From Lama glama (Eukaryota), in the NCBI GenBank assembly GCA_028534125.1, contig CM052816.1:14076001-14140000 (forward strand): a stretch of DNA of 64,000 nt, read 5' to 3'. Both the position numbers and the translations under genes were made by a program. The stretch's first letter is position 1, and the number at the start of each line of letters is the position of its first letter. This document shows, one piece after another, positions 23,496-36,100 of this stretch. The notes beneath the pieces were generated by a model, which was not told the origin of the DNA, made no database searches, and worked only from the letters and a program-made list of their open reading frames with translations.

Positions 23496-25169
23496 TCTAG
23501 CTATCCCCACTTGTCTCTGGCTCTCGGTTTACCTGCCACCCCCTTATGGAAGTCGGAATCTTCCTGGCCCTGTACTTACTCTAGCCATGATCATACTGAT
23601 CACAGAGGTAATTCTCTGGTTTATTTAATATGTACTTTTTAACTTATTAGCTGTATAACATACTGATATACAGAATAAAGCACAGAGGTCTGTCTCAACC
23701 ACCTGCCTCCTTCCCTTCCACACCTCCACTGTGCCCCCCACCTCCAGTCTGGTTTCCTCTATGTGTATTCCACACACACACACGCATGTTCACAGGTCCC
23801 TGCTCCCCACTCTTCCCAGCACATACACTGCCTGACCCTTAGCAGGGGCCTAGTTAGAAAGAGCGAGGAAGAGGAACCCTGTTGGGCCGAGCGACAGCTC
23901 TCGGCTCCCCAAAACCAAGCCCAGCGTTGCCTCCATCTTCCTAGCTCTCTCCATACCTAGGAGCAAACAGGCCACTTCTTCTGGCTGCCCTGCAAGAGGG
24001 TGATGGCGCCCACAGGCCACCCCCGACCCCGCAAGCTCACAAGGCCCGCGCAGGGCAGAGTGAGCTGCCTGAGCTCCACTGCTCAAAGCTGGGATCCTGG
24101 AAGGTTCATCAGACCTGAAAGACACAGAGTCAGGGGCCAGCAGTTGCTGAATTCCAGCCTGCTCGAAAGCTGGGGGGAGGGGAAGCTGTTTGGAGAAACG
24201 GCCCAAGTAGGTTTCCACATAAAGGAAAAGTAAACAGATGAAGGCTCTTCCTCAGCCCTTTGAGCCTCTCAGGGGAGAGCAAACCTTCAAGTGTTTGTCG
24301 AAAAGCTAATCCGATTTAAAAAGGCTTTGAAAGAGCTGGAAGAGGAAATACCAAATACTGACCACCCCCTCCACTGGCCCGCAGCCTAATCATGGCCACT
24401 TTCCCCTCCCTCGGCCTCTGCCCGGCGGGTACTGTCATACAGAGACCCAGAAGATGGGGACTGTACCTGGGTAGAAGCTGGAAACAACCCTCCTCCATGG
24501 AGGGCTGCTGACCCCCTCTTCCTGCCAAGAAAGAAGGCTTCACGAGAGCAGAAAACTGGCCAGGACTGGGAGGTGCTCACAGCCTTCACTCCGAGACAAG
24601 CTCACTCCACTCACGCCCTTACAATCTGGAAGATACTAAATTGCCTGGCCCCGGCTTCCTGGGAAGCACTTAATTATCTCCCCCACCCACTCCACCCCCA
24701 CCCCAGGTGGGTCTCATTTCTGGCAGCCAATTCATTCCCTGAAAGTTCCAGGTGAAATGAGTTTCCAAATGGGCTTGCCAAACAACAATTACAGGAAAAA
24801 AGGAACCCTTCTCAAACACTCTAGATTCTGGTCCTTTCCCCTTGGATAACTTTACCAGATGCCGTCACCTATCACCATTCCGCAAGGGAGAACAAGCACC
24901 CCAGGTTGCCAGGGACTGTCGGGTTTCATCACTGAAAGCACCGCATCCCAGGACGGCTGGTCACGCATCACTGCAGCCTCCCCAGCCTCCTCCCCTCCTA
25001 CCCCCACAATTCTTTGTGGGGACATTTTCTGACAAGTGGGCTTCCTGGTATTGCTCCCGAGTCCGAATGCCCTTGCTGGGTTTTAGAGGGAAGGAAAGAG
25101 GTGAATCTAGAAGCTGGATTAGTTTCCTTCTACCAGAGTCTTTAACTTACAAAGAGGAAGTTTTTGTTG

Positions 25170-25342
25170 TTTTCTTTAATTGAAGTATAATCAGTTTCAA
25201 TGTGTCAATTTCTGGTGTACAGCACAACGCTTCAGTCATACTTACACATACATGTATTCGTTTTCATATTCTTCTTCATTATAGGTTACAAGATACTGAA
25301 TATAGTTCCCCAGGCTATACAGAAGAAACTCGTTTTTTATCT
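25170..25342 (-). mobile_element. Young L1 3'UTR end, 5'-truncated
   Basis: 'ttaattgaagtataatcagttt...aatttctggtgtacagc' is the reverse complement of the L1 end seen at ~420-570. Confidence 0.85.
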
Positions 25343-25436
25343 GAAAAAGAAGATTTTTAAGAACAATATCAAACACGCAGTACTTTGTCTGCTGTATATA
25401 CAATACTTTGTTTGATAAATCCTATGAGATTGGTCC

Positions 25437-25940
25437 TGTTAACATAAATAACCAATAAACAATCGATAATGAGAGTAGGAAAGAGTTTTATTTGAGCCAA
25501 ACCGAGCACTAGCCCAGAAGCCCACTTCCCAGATTACTCGAAGGCGCTGCTCCCGAGACTCCAGAGAAGCATGGCTTTCAGCAGTTTTGTATCTTGTCAA
25601 CAACAAAAACATTAACAAGTCAGGAATACATTGCTTCAAGGTTTAAAACAAACAAACAAACAAAAACAGACCAGCACGTCACAGCAAGTCAGTATGGCCT
25701 TGGCACCTGGGGAGTACCAGCATTGGCATCCTGGGAAGAGGGGCATTAATCTTTGTTTTTAACACAGACATTCTTTACTTCTGGTCATTGTGGCCTTTTC
25801 TTTAATAATTAGAGCAGATGTACAATGTATGCTTGATAGGCCACAAACAGGCTATTTTAGTTAGCATAAAATTCAAGTTAACTCATGTATAAGCCAGAAT
25901 GACTTCCCCATATCTTAACATGTGGAAATTTCTTCTATCA
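25437..25940 (-). mobile_element. ERV solo LTR inserted into a MIR
   Basis: TG...CA termini, minus-strand AATAAA (plus 'tttatt' 25487-25492), near-matching 4-bp flanks gtcc/gtac; MIR resumes with 'ccatttcccagattaggaaactgagg'. Confidence 0.8.
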
Positions 25941-26924
25941 GTACCATTTCCCAGATTAGGAAACTGAGGTCCACAATCACAGTTAACAAGTGGAATGGCT
26001 GGGATGCCAATGCAGGCGGTGACACCAGGGCTCACAGACTTACCCACTATCTTGAGTCGAGAGTCCTTGTCATTTTGAGCACGGAGAATGGAAACAAAGT
26101 GAAGCTACTTATGCTGGATTGAAAAGACATAAATTCACATATATGGAGCAACACAGGAAGAAAGCGAGATTGCGAGATTGTGACCACAGGTTCTCCTATA
26201 GGTAGGACTAATAGTTGCCATGTGGAGGAGGCCAGGTTTGTGAACAGTCATGGCCCCAGTGCCCTGGTGCAGAGTCTTACCACATAACCCTCTAACAGGA
26301 ACCCTACCTCCAACCCCTCCCAGCAACTGCCACGTGAATCCAGTAAAATCCCATCTCATTGTGTTTCTCCAACCCTGACACCCCCAATGACTGCACTACA
26401 TAACAAAATCCAGGTCCTCCGTCTGAGTCTCATCCATTGCCTTGAAAATATAAGTGGAGGTCAACTCTACAGGAACCAGTTTGGCAGGATAGGTCAAAAC
26501 CTGGATAAGTGTTCATGCCCTTGGACTTTATAATCTCCCTTCTAAGAATTTTCCCCAAGGAAATCACTATAACTGGCCATGACTGGGAGAAGGAGGGTGC
26601 CGTTTAACATGGAAAGGTATTCCATGTTAAGTCCATTCACACATAGACTTACCTGGAACAACGTACCTGGAGTAATTCCCATGACTAACAATAAAGAAAT
26701 GGTTAACTTAACTATGATGTATGTGACGTATCCATTCAATTAGATATTATGCAACCATTAAAATGTATGTTTATGGGGAGTTGAAAATAGCACGGAAAAA
26801 GTTTGGGTTACGGTGTTAAGCGAAACAAGCAGGAAATAAAATTATATAGACGGTGTGATCACAACTACGTGAAAACAAAAACACTACTTACAGTGAAAGG
26901 ATTGAAAGGAAATGAACAAGTGAA

Positions 26925-27150
26925 AAAGACCTAACACTTACCAAGCATCCTGCTAAGTGCTTCACCTTGTCATCTCATTTAATCTTCATGGCAAGCCTAC
27001 TGGTTGGGAACTACTTTTATCCTCCCTTTACCTATGAGAACACCGATGCTCCAAGAGGAAGTGAAGCTGCCCAATGGTTGCGCACAGCTAATGGGGAGGA
27101 AGAAGGGATTTGAAGTCAGATTTGCCCACTTCAGAGCCCATGCGCTATGC
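26925..27150 (-). mobile_element. MIR SINE
   Basis: 'tgctaagtgcttcacc...atctcatttaatcttca...tatcctcccttttacctatgagaacacc'-type MIR antisense sequence. Confidence 0.8.
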
Positions 27151-28156
27151 ATCACCCAAATGCAGGCGGCAGCTTGATTTGGCTAGTGGAATGGCCTGCA
27201 ACTTTTTTCACCTCTACCTTCTACTTTTTTATTTTCCAATTTGTCTATATTAACTATTAGTACTTAAAAAAAAAAAAACCCTTTCTTTCCATTTCAAAGG
27301 TCATACAGACATAGAACACCTGGTGGGTTGTATTACTTTTTAATGTAGAAAACAATAAACTTAGTACCAAACAACATTAAAAACAACAGCAGCAGTCTTC
27401 TGACATCTTAAATTCAACTCTCTACAGCTTAGCTTTCTGCCTTCCTTCTGGCCATATTTCTCACTATTTCTTTTTCATAGTCACTCAGTCACCAAGCTAA
27501 GTTATTAGGCAACATGGTCAGATCCATGAGCTGGAAACAGCTCTAGGAGAAGAGGAAGGTGGGCTGCTGTGGCCAGGGGGTGCGGAAGGTGGGGGCAGGT
27601 GAGGGCCGGCACGAGGGTGGCCCCCACGGAGACGACCTGGTAAATAGCCATCAGTGTAACATACATGGGGAAAGGCCATGCCCACGGCGTCCCAGGGAAA
27701 CAAAGGGTGCTCGGAAAAGCATCAGCATTAGGCAAAAGAAGGCGCAAAAGGACCTGGAGACGCACTCTGGGCTCCCTCCCTATTTCAGGGCCTCCTGGCC
27801 GCACCTGCCAGGGAGCCAGGAGATGGGGAGGCCTCCAGCCACCACTCCCTGGAGAATCCAGGATTGGTGGGCCGAGGGGGAGAAGGACCACCACCATCCA
27901 CACCGCACGGCTTTCTGGACCTGCCCTTCCCTGGAATGGTCTCTTGCAGTTTGAGGGAGACAGCAGGCTCTTGAGGAAACACATTACAGACAGCTTGGCC
28001 GCGGCTAAGCAGTAGCAGCACAAAGTGTGAAAAGTTGCAACAGAGATGCTCAGATTTCACTCACTTTTCTCAACCCCTACACACTGAGGGCTTTCCAAGT
28101 AAGGAAGCCACAGTATTGCCAGAGGAAATCAAATCAAAAGGAGCAACCTTTTCAAC

Positions 28157-28352
28157 AGCAGTTCTCAGCCCTTGAGGGGCCCCAGAACCACATGGGAAAG
28201 AGGGGGAGGCTGTTTAAAATGCAGATTTTCAGTCTTGCCGCCCCCACACCAAACATTCCAATTTCATAGATCCTGCTCAGGCCCAAGAGTCTGCATTTTC
28301 ATGACCATTTCCTCAAGTTGCTGTTAGGCTCCACCCGATTAGAAACTCTGCC
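28157..28352. mobile_element. MER5A-like hAT-Charlie MITE
   Basis: 'cagcagttctcagcc...tgtttaaaatgcagatt...ggcccaagagtctgcatttt...agaaactctg'. Confidence 0.7.
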
Positions 28353-29743
28353 TTACAGAGTCTTAGTGATGTAAGGACTGACATTTGGGGGACATTTCTT
28401 TTAATTGCTTCATCTTTTAAAAACATATTACAAAGGGAATACAGGGCGTTCTTTGTATTATTTTTACAACTTTTCTGTAAGACAGATTATTTCAAAATAA
28501 AAAGTTGAAAATACTACATATGTATAACACAAGTAATATACGCCTATAGTAAAATATTCGCAATAGCACCACATTAGATAAAGTGGAAAACAGACACCCT
28601 CCTTCAGCACCACCAGCCCCAGCCGACTCTCCAAACTAACCACTGTGAACAGTTTGGTATATATTAAACAAACAAGTTGGACTTTTGGTTTCTATGTTTT
28701 CATTTTTTAACAATTAATGCTTGCAAGAATGTGATGAAAATGACACTCAGAATTGTTGGTTGGATTACAAATTAATACAGCCTTTGAAAGCAATTCAGCC
28801 ATGTGTATCAAAAACGATAAAAATATTTTGTATACCTTAAACTTATACAATGTTATATGTCAATTATATCTCAATTTTAAAAGTTAAAATTAAAACATAA
28901 AACCTTTCATATTCTTCTATGAATCAGACCTACCAATTCCATGTCTCCACGGAATCTCTCCAAAGAACATAATTCACGTGGAATAGTATGTGATCTTTTT
29001 TGTTTTAATTTTACTTTATGGTGGTAGGTACACAACGTGAGATCTACCCTCGTAACAAACTGTTAAGTGTATAAGTACATTATAGCTGACTAGAGATACA
29101 GTGTCACAAAGCAGATCTTAGAGCTTCCTATTCATCTGTTTGACCAAAACTTTATGCCCATGGATTATGCCCCTCTTCCTTCCCCCAGGCCCTGGCAACC
29201 ACAGCTCCACTCTTTGATTCTATGAGTTGACTACTTTCGAAACCTCCTGTAAGTGCAATCAGGTAGTCTTTGTCATTCTGTGCTTGACTTATTTCACTAT
29301 GGGTGATGTCCCCAAGGTCCGCTCTGTGTTGTTGCATATTGCAGAATTTCGTTACTTTTAAGAGCTAAATAATATTCCATTGTGTGCATATACCACAGTT
29401 TCTTTATCCATTCATCTGTCAATGTACATTTAGGTTGTTTCCCTATCTTGGTTATTGTGAATAATGCTGCCATGAACATAGTAGTACTAATATCGTTTCA
29501 AGATCCAGATTTCAGTTCTTTTGGGTAAGAGAAGTGGGATGGTTGGATCATATGGCAACTCTCTTTTGAATTTTTTGAGGAACCTCCATACTGTTTTCCT
29601 TAGCAGCTGCACCATTTTGTATTCCCACCAACAATGCCCAAGTGTTCCAATTTCTCCACATCCTTACTGATGCTTTTCTCTTCTTTTTTTTTTTCCTTTT
29701 TTTCCCCTTTTTTTATGTGGCATATAGATCAAAGTTCATTTTT

Positions 29744-29880
29744 GGTTTTGTTGTTTTATGTGGGAGGGGGAAGTAATTAGGTTTGTTTGTTTGTTTGTTT
29801 AAATGGACGTACTGGGGATTGATCCTAGGACCTCATGCACGCTAAGTATGTGCTCTACCACTGAGCTATGCCCTCCCCTC
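29744..29880 (-). mobile_element. Vic-1-like SINE
   Basis: 'gtaattaggtttgttt', 'ggggattgatcctaggacctcatgcacgctaagtatgtgctctaccactgagctatgccctcccc'. Confidence 0.92.
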
Positions 29881-29892
29881 CCCAGTCTGTTT

Positions 29893-30177
29893 CATTTTTT
29901 TTAACTTTTTTTTTATTGAGTTATAGTCATTTTACAATGTCATGTCAAATTCCAGTGTAGCGCACAATTTTTCAGTTATACATGAACATACATATATTTA
30001 TTGTCACAATTTTTTTTCCGCTGTGAGCTACCATAAGATCTTGTATATATTTTCCTGTGCTACACAGTATAATCTTATTTATCTATTCTGCATATGCCTG
30101 TCAGTATCTACAAATTCTGAAATCCCAGTCTGTCCCTTCCCACCCCCTGTCCCCTTGGCAACCATATGTTTGTATTG
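29893..30177 (-). mobile_element. Young camelid-type L1 3'UTR, 5'-truncated
   Basis: 'ttttattgagttatagtcattttacaatgt...ccccttggcaacca'; its 3'UTR differs from the host L1MA. Confidence 0.85.
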
Positions 30178-30604
30178 TTTTTTTTTTGATAACAGGCATC
30201 CTGACAGATATGAAGTGATATCTCATTGTGGTTTGATCTGCATTCTCCCTGATGACTGGTAATGCTCATCAGTTTTTCACGTACCAATTGGCCATTTGTA
30301 GGTCCTCTTTGGAGAAATGTCAATTTTAAATCATTTTTTTAAATCAGGTTATTAGCTTTTTAAATATTGAGTTGGAGGAAGTATGCAATCATTTAAAATG
30401 ATATCACAAAGCAAGAAGGAAGATAGTGAAAAAAGAAAACAGGATAGAAACATTTTACATATCCTCTGATTACCAACTTCTTGTTGTTTTTAATTTAGTT
30501 TTCTTTAGATCAATAAACAAAGGAAATAAGCCTAAATTGCTAACAGTATGTTAAGGAGGTGGTATCTGAATGATACTTTTTTCTCTATTATTTACTCTGT
30601 TGAG

Positions 30605-30860
30605 AGGCTCGGCAACTCGGATTTTGCAGACAGACAGACAGACCTGGGTGAGAAAGTCACCTCCCACCCCCACCGTGCACGTGTGTAACTCAGGATTTTA
30701 CGTAAACTCCCTGAGCCTCAGTTTCCTAATAGAGATAATGGGAGATAAAAATTATCCCCTAAACTTCCTTTGAGAATTAAAATAAGAAAGCACATGGAAA
30801 CGTGGAGTGCTTTTCTGACCTGACACAAGTTGAGCTGTTATTGGTGTTTTTCTGTATTCT
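30605..30860 (+). mobile_element. MIR SINE
   Basis: 'ccctgagcctcagtttcctaatagagataatgggagataaaaatt...gagaattaaa'. Confidence 0.8.
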
Positions 30861-31611
30861 CTCTGTTGGGTCACATTTCATAAACCTAGGTTTGAAAACC
30901 AGGACTTCTAAATGCGGATTAAAATCTTGACAGCCCTCATTTTCCTCATCACAGCCCCTCTCCCGGGCCCCTGCTTGGTTTACCTCCGAAAGAGATACTG
31001 TACATAGCACTTTACAGCCCCAGTTCACTGAAACAATGACTGGGGATACAATTTGCAAATTGTAAAGCACCTACAAATGTAATGTATCATGAGTCCACTT
31101 TTACAGGATGATGCTGAAGGGACAGTGATTAAACAAAGCCTGGGTACCAGGGGTATTTACATGATGTGCAATAACGCACCAAGTGAGCTCATTAAATGCA
31201 GGGGACGAGGGGGTGAAGCTGGGATGGGGAGGGGTTGTATGTCAAGAAAATCACCATTACTCTTCCACTGTCTGGGGGAAGGCTTCCAGGAGGAGACCTT
31301 CCAGGGTAACAAGAAAAAGAGTAATTATCTCAGAATGTCTTTCAGTCAATCAGAAGAACACTTCCTTGGACTACCTTCATCTAATTTATCGCCAAGTCCT
31401 GTCTACTAGGCTTGGCTCCATGTCTTTTACTTGGGAGTTAATCACAAGGGTTACCCTGAGCCCCTGATTGCAGGAAGGCTCTCCTTCTTAAGGGACTCCT
31501 TAGAAATAGAAACTAAATGATCATCACTTTATTATGATTACCTTGATGGCGTGCTCAAGCTTACCGTTTCCAAAATTCCAAAAGCACTTATTCAATATAA
31601 AACCTCCTCTA

Positions 31612-31805
31612 GTTAACTATGTATAAAATAAACAAGCTACGAGGACATATTGCACAGCACAGGGAGTACAGCCAACATTTTATAATAACTATACGTGGAG
31701 CATAACCTTTAAAATTTGTGAATCACCATGCTGTACACCTGAAACTTACATAATATTGTCCAACAACTACACCTCAATTTAAAAAAAGAAACTTAAAAAA
31801 AACTA
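31612..31805 (+). mobile_element. L1 3' end (artiodactyl-type), 5'-truncated
   Basis: 'gcacagcacagggagtacagccaacatttt...atgctgtacacctgaaactta...cctcaatttaaaaaaa'. Confidence 0.85.
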
Positions 31806-32054
31806 TATTCAATTAAATATAAAACAAAATCTTCTTTACTTACCCCATCTCACGCCAGTTCCCTAGAGGGAACTGATGACTGGATATATACTATTCCTGA
31901 CCTTTCATTTTACAAATATATGTGACGTGTTCACATGTGTGCACACACACACATTTTTTGCATAGATAAGATCACAGTCTACTTCTCTGCTGCTTGAACT
32001 TTTCACTTAATAAGAAGTCAAAGGCATCCTTCCCTATCTGGACATACAGGTGTT

Positions 32055-32295
32055 TGTAAGGTGGTTATAGACCTGGGGCCTGCGGGCTTAACCAGCTCCC
32101 CTACTTACTAGCTATGTGGCCTTAAATTACTTAACATCTCTTTTCTCGTCTATAAAAATATTCTAATAATAGTAATCAAAGGATTGTTGCGAAGATTAAA
32201 TGTTAGTGTTGTAAATATGTAAATATTGTAAAATACATAAAACACATAGCAGAGTAGGTGGAGTAAGTACTCTGTGTGTTGGCCATTTTTATGAT
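32055..32295 (+). mobile_element. MIR SINE within old L1ME-like sequence
   Basis: 'ccagctccctacttactagctatgtggccttaaattacttaacatctc'-type core and 'ggattgttgcgaagattaaatg'. Confidence 0.8.
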
Positions 32296-34225
32296 TTACT
32301 TTGTTTTGTTTTGTTTTTTTCCGTTAGTGGCTACATGGTATTCTGTCACCGGGATGAACCACAACGTACTGTACCAGCCCCCTGCTGAGAGACGCAGGTC
32401 CTCTCCTGCTTTTTGCTGCCCTGAGCATTTGTGAACATAGCTCTTTGTATACACGGGCAGGCACACTCCAGGATAGTTTCTAAGTCATGGAAATGCTGCA
32501 TCAAACAAAGCTCATACTCATTTTTTTTTTTTGAAAGATGATGCCAAATTTCCCTCCAAAAGGCTGCACTAATTTACATCCTTGCCAAAGAACAGTGTAT
32601 GCGTGCCCGTCTCCAGGCTTCTCCTCAACCCTGGCAGCCTGGGTCTTTGGCATTCTCACTTCTGGGCTCGCCTTCCCTAAATGAAATCTCAATCAAAACC
32701 ACCAGCAATGCATTTGTTAAAGTCCCCGGGACACCTAATCCCTTTGTCTTTTCAAAAAGGAATGAGCCATTTTCGGCTCTGACAGGCCTTCAGCTGCCTG
32801 GACACAGCCAGGGGCTGACTCTGAAAAACACAAATAAAACGTCCCCGACATCCTCCAGGAGCAGCTCAGAGGGGCCCACGTGAGGCCCAGCTCTGCTCTC
32901 TATCACATGCAAAAAGAGTGTCAATAGCAGCTGGTGTTTTCCCGGGTGGAGATCAGAGCCAGCATTTGTATATAAATATTATCCCAGGGCTGCAAGGAGA
33001 CTTGAATCGGGTTGGAAGCAGGGGCTACAACATCCTAGTTCTTAATAATGACACGGAGGTCGGGGGCAGGGTGAGCACCCTCACCCTTTCCCTGAGCTCC
33101 CCGTCAGAACATCCAGGCACGGGCCCTCCCCACTAGCACAGCTTGTCATTAAAAAGAGGGGGAAGCGGGCGCAGGGCTTGGCTGGAAATCTACGCCAGGC
33201 AGAGAAGTAAGAGGTGCACTCCATCTGCGGGGCCCGGATCGGAGTCTGGTCGCCTCCTCTGCACCGCTGGCCGAGTGCCCGCCTGCAGCCACCTGGCTGC
33301 TTACACTACAGCTCCTGTCAATGACAAGGTGGCCACTGGCTGAAGTGGCTCCTCTGGCCTCATCTCTAAGGTTTGGCAGCACCGACTGACTTCCAGCTGT
33401 GCCCCAGAACCTCTCGGAATCGAGGGGAGCTGCAAAGGAGGGGCCTCCCAGAGTTCTCAGGCAGGAATGTCAATAATTCTGAGGGTTGGCCCTGCTCGGC
33501 CTGCAAGCCCAGAGCCATTCATCTTCCAGACTTGTTTTCAGGCTATTTCATGGCTCATAACTATTCACCTTGGTTCTTCCAACTCTCTCCTGGCCTCCCA
33601 CCACCCCCAGGGACCCGGGTCAGGTCAGGGAGGGGGAGGGCAGGCGAGTCTCTGGAACAGTGGATTCCGTGAAACAGAGTGAATTCCAGGGATGAGACCC
33701 AGGGACCCTGGCTCAGGTCCGTAACAGAGGGAAAACTCAGATGATTATCTCAGGCTCTCAGAAGTCAGTTAAGCTTCCCACTTCCTATTCAGCTCACATG
33801 GGAGGGTCAGAGGGAAGGAAAGGAGGCCCGGAGACTCTGGGTCCCCCCTGGGTCTGACATGAGGCAGTGTGTAGTACAGGAAAGGGACTTAAGCTCTCTT
33901 TGCCTCACATTCCTTTTCTCTGAGAGCCTGGGGCTAAACACCCAAACACCCTGCATTTCATTAAATCCACAAAACAGATGTTGGAGTGTGGGCTGTGTGT
34001 TCTAGACACTGCCCACAAGGCAATAAACAATCAGAGCGGGCCGGCCCCTCTGGAGTTCACACTCCGGTGAGTAAATACCACGAAGAATGTCACGCTTACT
34101 CCTGAAGAAGCCTGGTCCATGCGAGGAATCGACACACCGACAAGGTGGCACAGCTCCCAAGTGGGCTGTGCGCTTCTCTCTCTCAGAGGACACTGCTCTT
34201 ACCCAGAACACGAACAACAGCCAAC

Positions 34226-34951
34226 CAGATGCTCTGCGAAGCTCATTGACCTGAAGCTTCAGAGCCCTTCCCTGCAGCAGCCCCTTCCAAGTCCCTGGCA
34301 GGAGGCCTGGAAAGAAACGTGCTCACGTGACCTGGGCTTTCTCTAAGCTTTGCCAAAGTCAAGTCTTAACCACGAAGGGAAGGAGAACTGTCTCTCCTCA
34401 CCCCAGTTTCCCTCAATCACTCCTGCCCTCCTGCTGGGTGGTGTTCCACTGGCCCTGGGCAATCGGGAGTCAGATGGGGGAACACTGAGTGTGAATCCAG
34501 CGGGCTATGTTTCTGTGGTTTGCAGTCACTTCCACCTACGCCAAGTCACTGCTAACTTCCAGTGCAGGCTCCAGGGGTTCCTCCTGCACCCAGCGCCCAC
34601 CAGCCCCTTCCTGATGCTACATCAGTGGTTTCATCATCACATGAACTTGTCCTCCAGTGCCCAACACTGAAGTGTGTGGTAGGGAAGAAGGAGGAAAGGT
34701 TTAAAATGTACCGAGTCAGATGCCAGTCTATAAGAAATGCTTCCAGTTCCTAGACCTGTAAAACCGTAAGTGGAGGATTCAGTTTCCCTAGTCAAGGGAA
34801 GTTCTCTTCTGTCAGAAACATCCTCGAGGCATACAGTTAGAAGGCATTAGAGTTTCTTTTTCAGTCTTGATGGCAACTGTACAAAATAAACTTTGCCAAA
34901 AGTCCTCCGTTTACGAGACGTGAACATGTGCAGTAATACCACAAACGGGGT

Positions 34952-34985
<34 letters not shown>

Positions 34986-35396
34986 CTTTGCTCATTTCCC
35001 ACAGTTAAACTGTCGATAACAACAAGCAAATTTTGATCAGCCACGCCAGAGAAAAGGCTGTATTATCTTTTATTCTCTCGTGAGAAAATTATTTTAGAAA
35101 ATTATCATATGAAGAAGTGATCAGAATGAGTACGAAGCCAAAAAACGTAGGAATGAAAAGTATAATAGAGGCGTGTCAGGCAGTTAATTAACAAAAGTGC
35201 TCTATTATTCTTCTGGATTTTATAGTACTCCAGGTATGTATTAGCTTTAAAACTATGTAAGTTGTTGGAGCTCTTTTCTCACTTTGAATTCACTTATATT
35301 CTTAACGTTGGATTCATAATTTTGTATTACTTCTCCTAAAGACAGCTCTCAAATTGTACAAGCTTTGGGCCCCCATAAAACCTTGATCCTCCCCTG
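34226..35396 (+). mobile_element. hAT-Tip100 DNA transposon, Zaphod/MER115-like, internally deleted
   Basis: 5' 'gaagctcattgacctgaagcttcagagcccttccctgcagcagccccttccaagtccctgg'; 3' 'aaattgtacaagctttgggcccccataaaaccttgatcctcccctg'; candidate 8-bp TSD cagccaac/cagccgcc. Confidence 0.75.
34954..34984. repeat. (GT)n microsatellite
   Basis: Perfect GT run. Confidence 0.95.
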
Positions 35397-35420
35397 CAGC
35401 CGCCAATTCCTGAGCACTTT

Positions 35421-35555
35421 CTTTTAATGAATTTTTTTTGGCGAGGTTAAATGGGTTTATTTTATTTAATTATTGTAATGGAGGTACTGGGGATTGAACC
35501 CAGTACCTCGTTGCACGCTAAGCATACGCTCTACCACTGAGCTATACCCTCCCCC
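35421..35555 (-). mobile_element. Vic-1-like SINE inserted into a MIR
   Basis: Intact A and B boxes on the minus strand; TSD gagcacttt at 35412-35420 and 35559-35567. Confidence 0.93.
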
Positions 35556-35969
35556 TCGGAGCACTTTTGATGTGCCAAGAATGCTGACAAATCCCTTTAC
35601 GTGGATTATCTAATTTAATCCTCACTCAAGCCACTGAGGTCGATGAAGGCTTGGAGCATTTATTCTTCACGATACGGCTCATTCTGCAGGGCTGTAATAA
35701 GGATTCAAAATCACATAGCATGGGAAGCAGCGCCCCACTTACAGAATAGGCACTATTATTACCAATTTTCTTCCCTGAGCCCGAGTTTCCTCTATTTAAA
35801 GCTGAAGGGGTAAGAAGAGATTTAAACATTTGTACGGGTGCAGCGACATGGATGAAGATTCACAGTGTTGGTAAAAATGGCTGCCTTTGTGGAGGGGAAC
35901 TGGGCGGGGGAAGGAGACACACCCCACTTGCATCTTTACATTCTTAAAGAAGTTGAGACAAGTGCTATT

Positions 35970-36100
35970 CGCATCCTCAGTTTGTAAATTTGAATCAGAG
36001 GCACAGAGAGGTTAAATAACATACCCTAGGTCACACAGCCAGTGTGGCAGAAGCTAAGATGAACACCCAGGCCGAGAGACTCTAAAGTCTGACCAATACA
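35970..36100 (-). mobile_element. MIR SINE
   Basis: 'gaggcacagagaggttaaataacataccctaggtcacacagccagtgtggcagaagc'. Confidence 0.8.

Larger units (their letters stand above)
29000..30382 (-). mobile_element. L1MA9-like 3' region (ORF2 C-terminus remnant plus 3'UTR), interrupted at ~29680-30180
   Basis: ORF 29297-29479 translates as degraded L1 ORF2 C-terminus (MFMAALFTITKIGKQPKC...EWIKKLWYMHTMEYY); host resumes at 'tttgataacaggcatcctgacag'. Confidence 0.9.

Noticed and set aside
29152..29479. ORFs with real protein similarity
   Set aside because: They are frameshifted remnants of the L1 ORF2 C-terminus inside a dead L1
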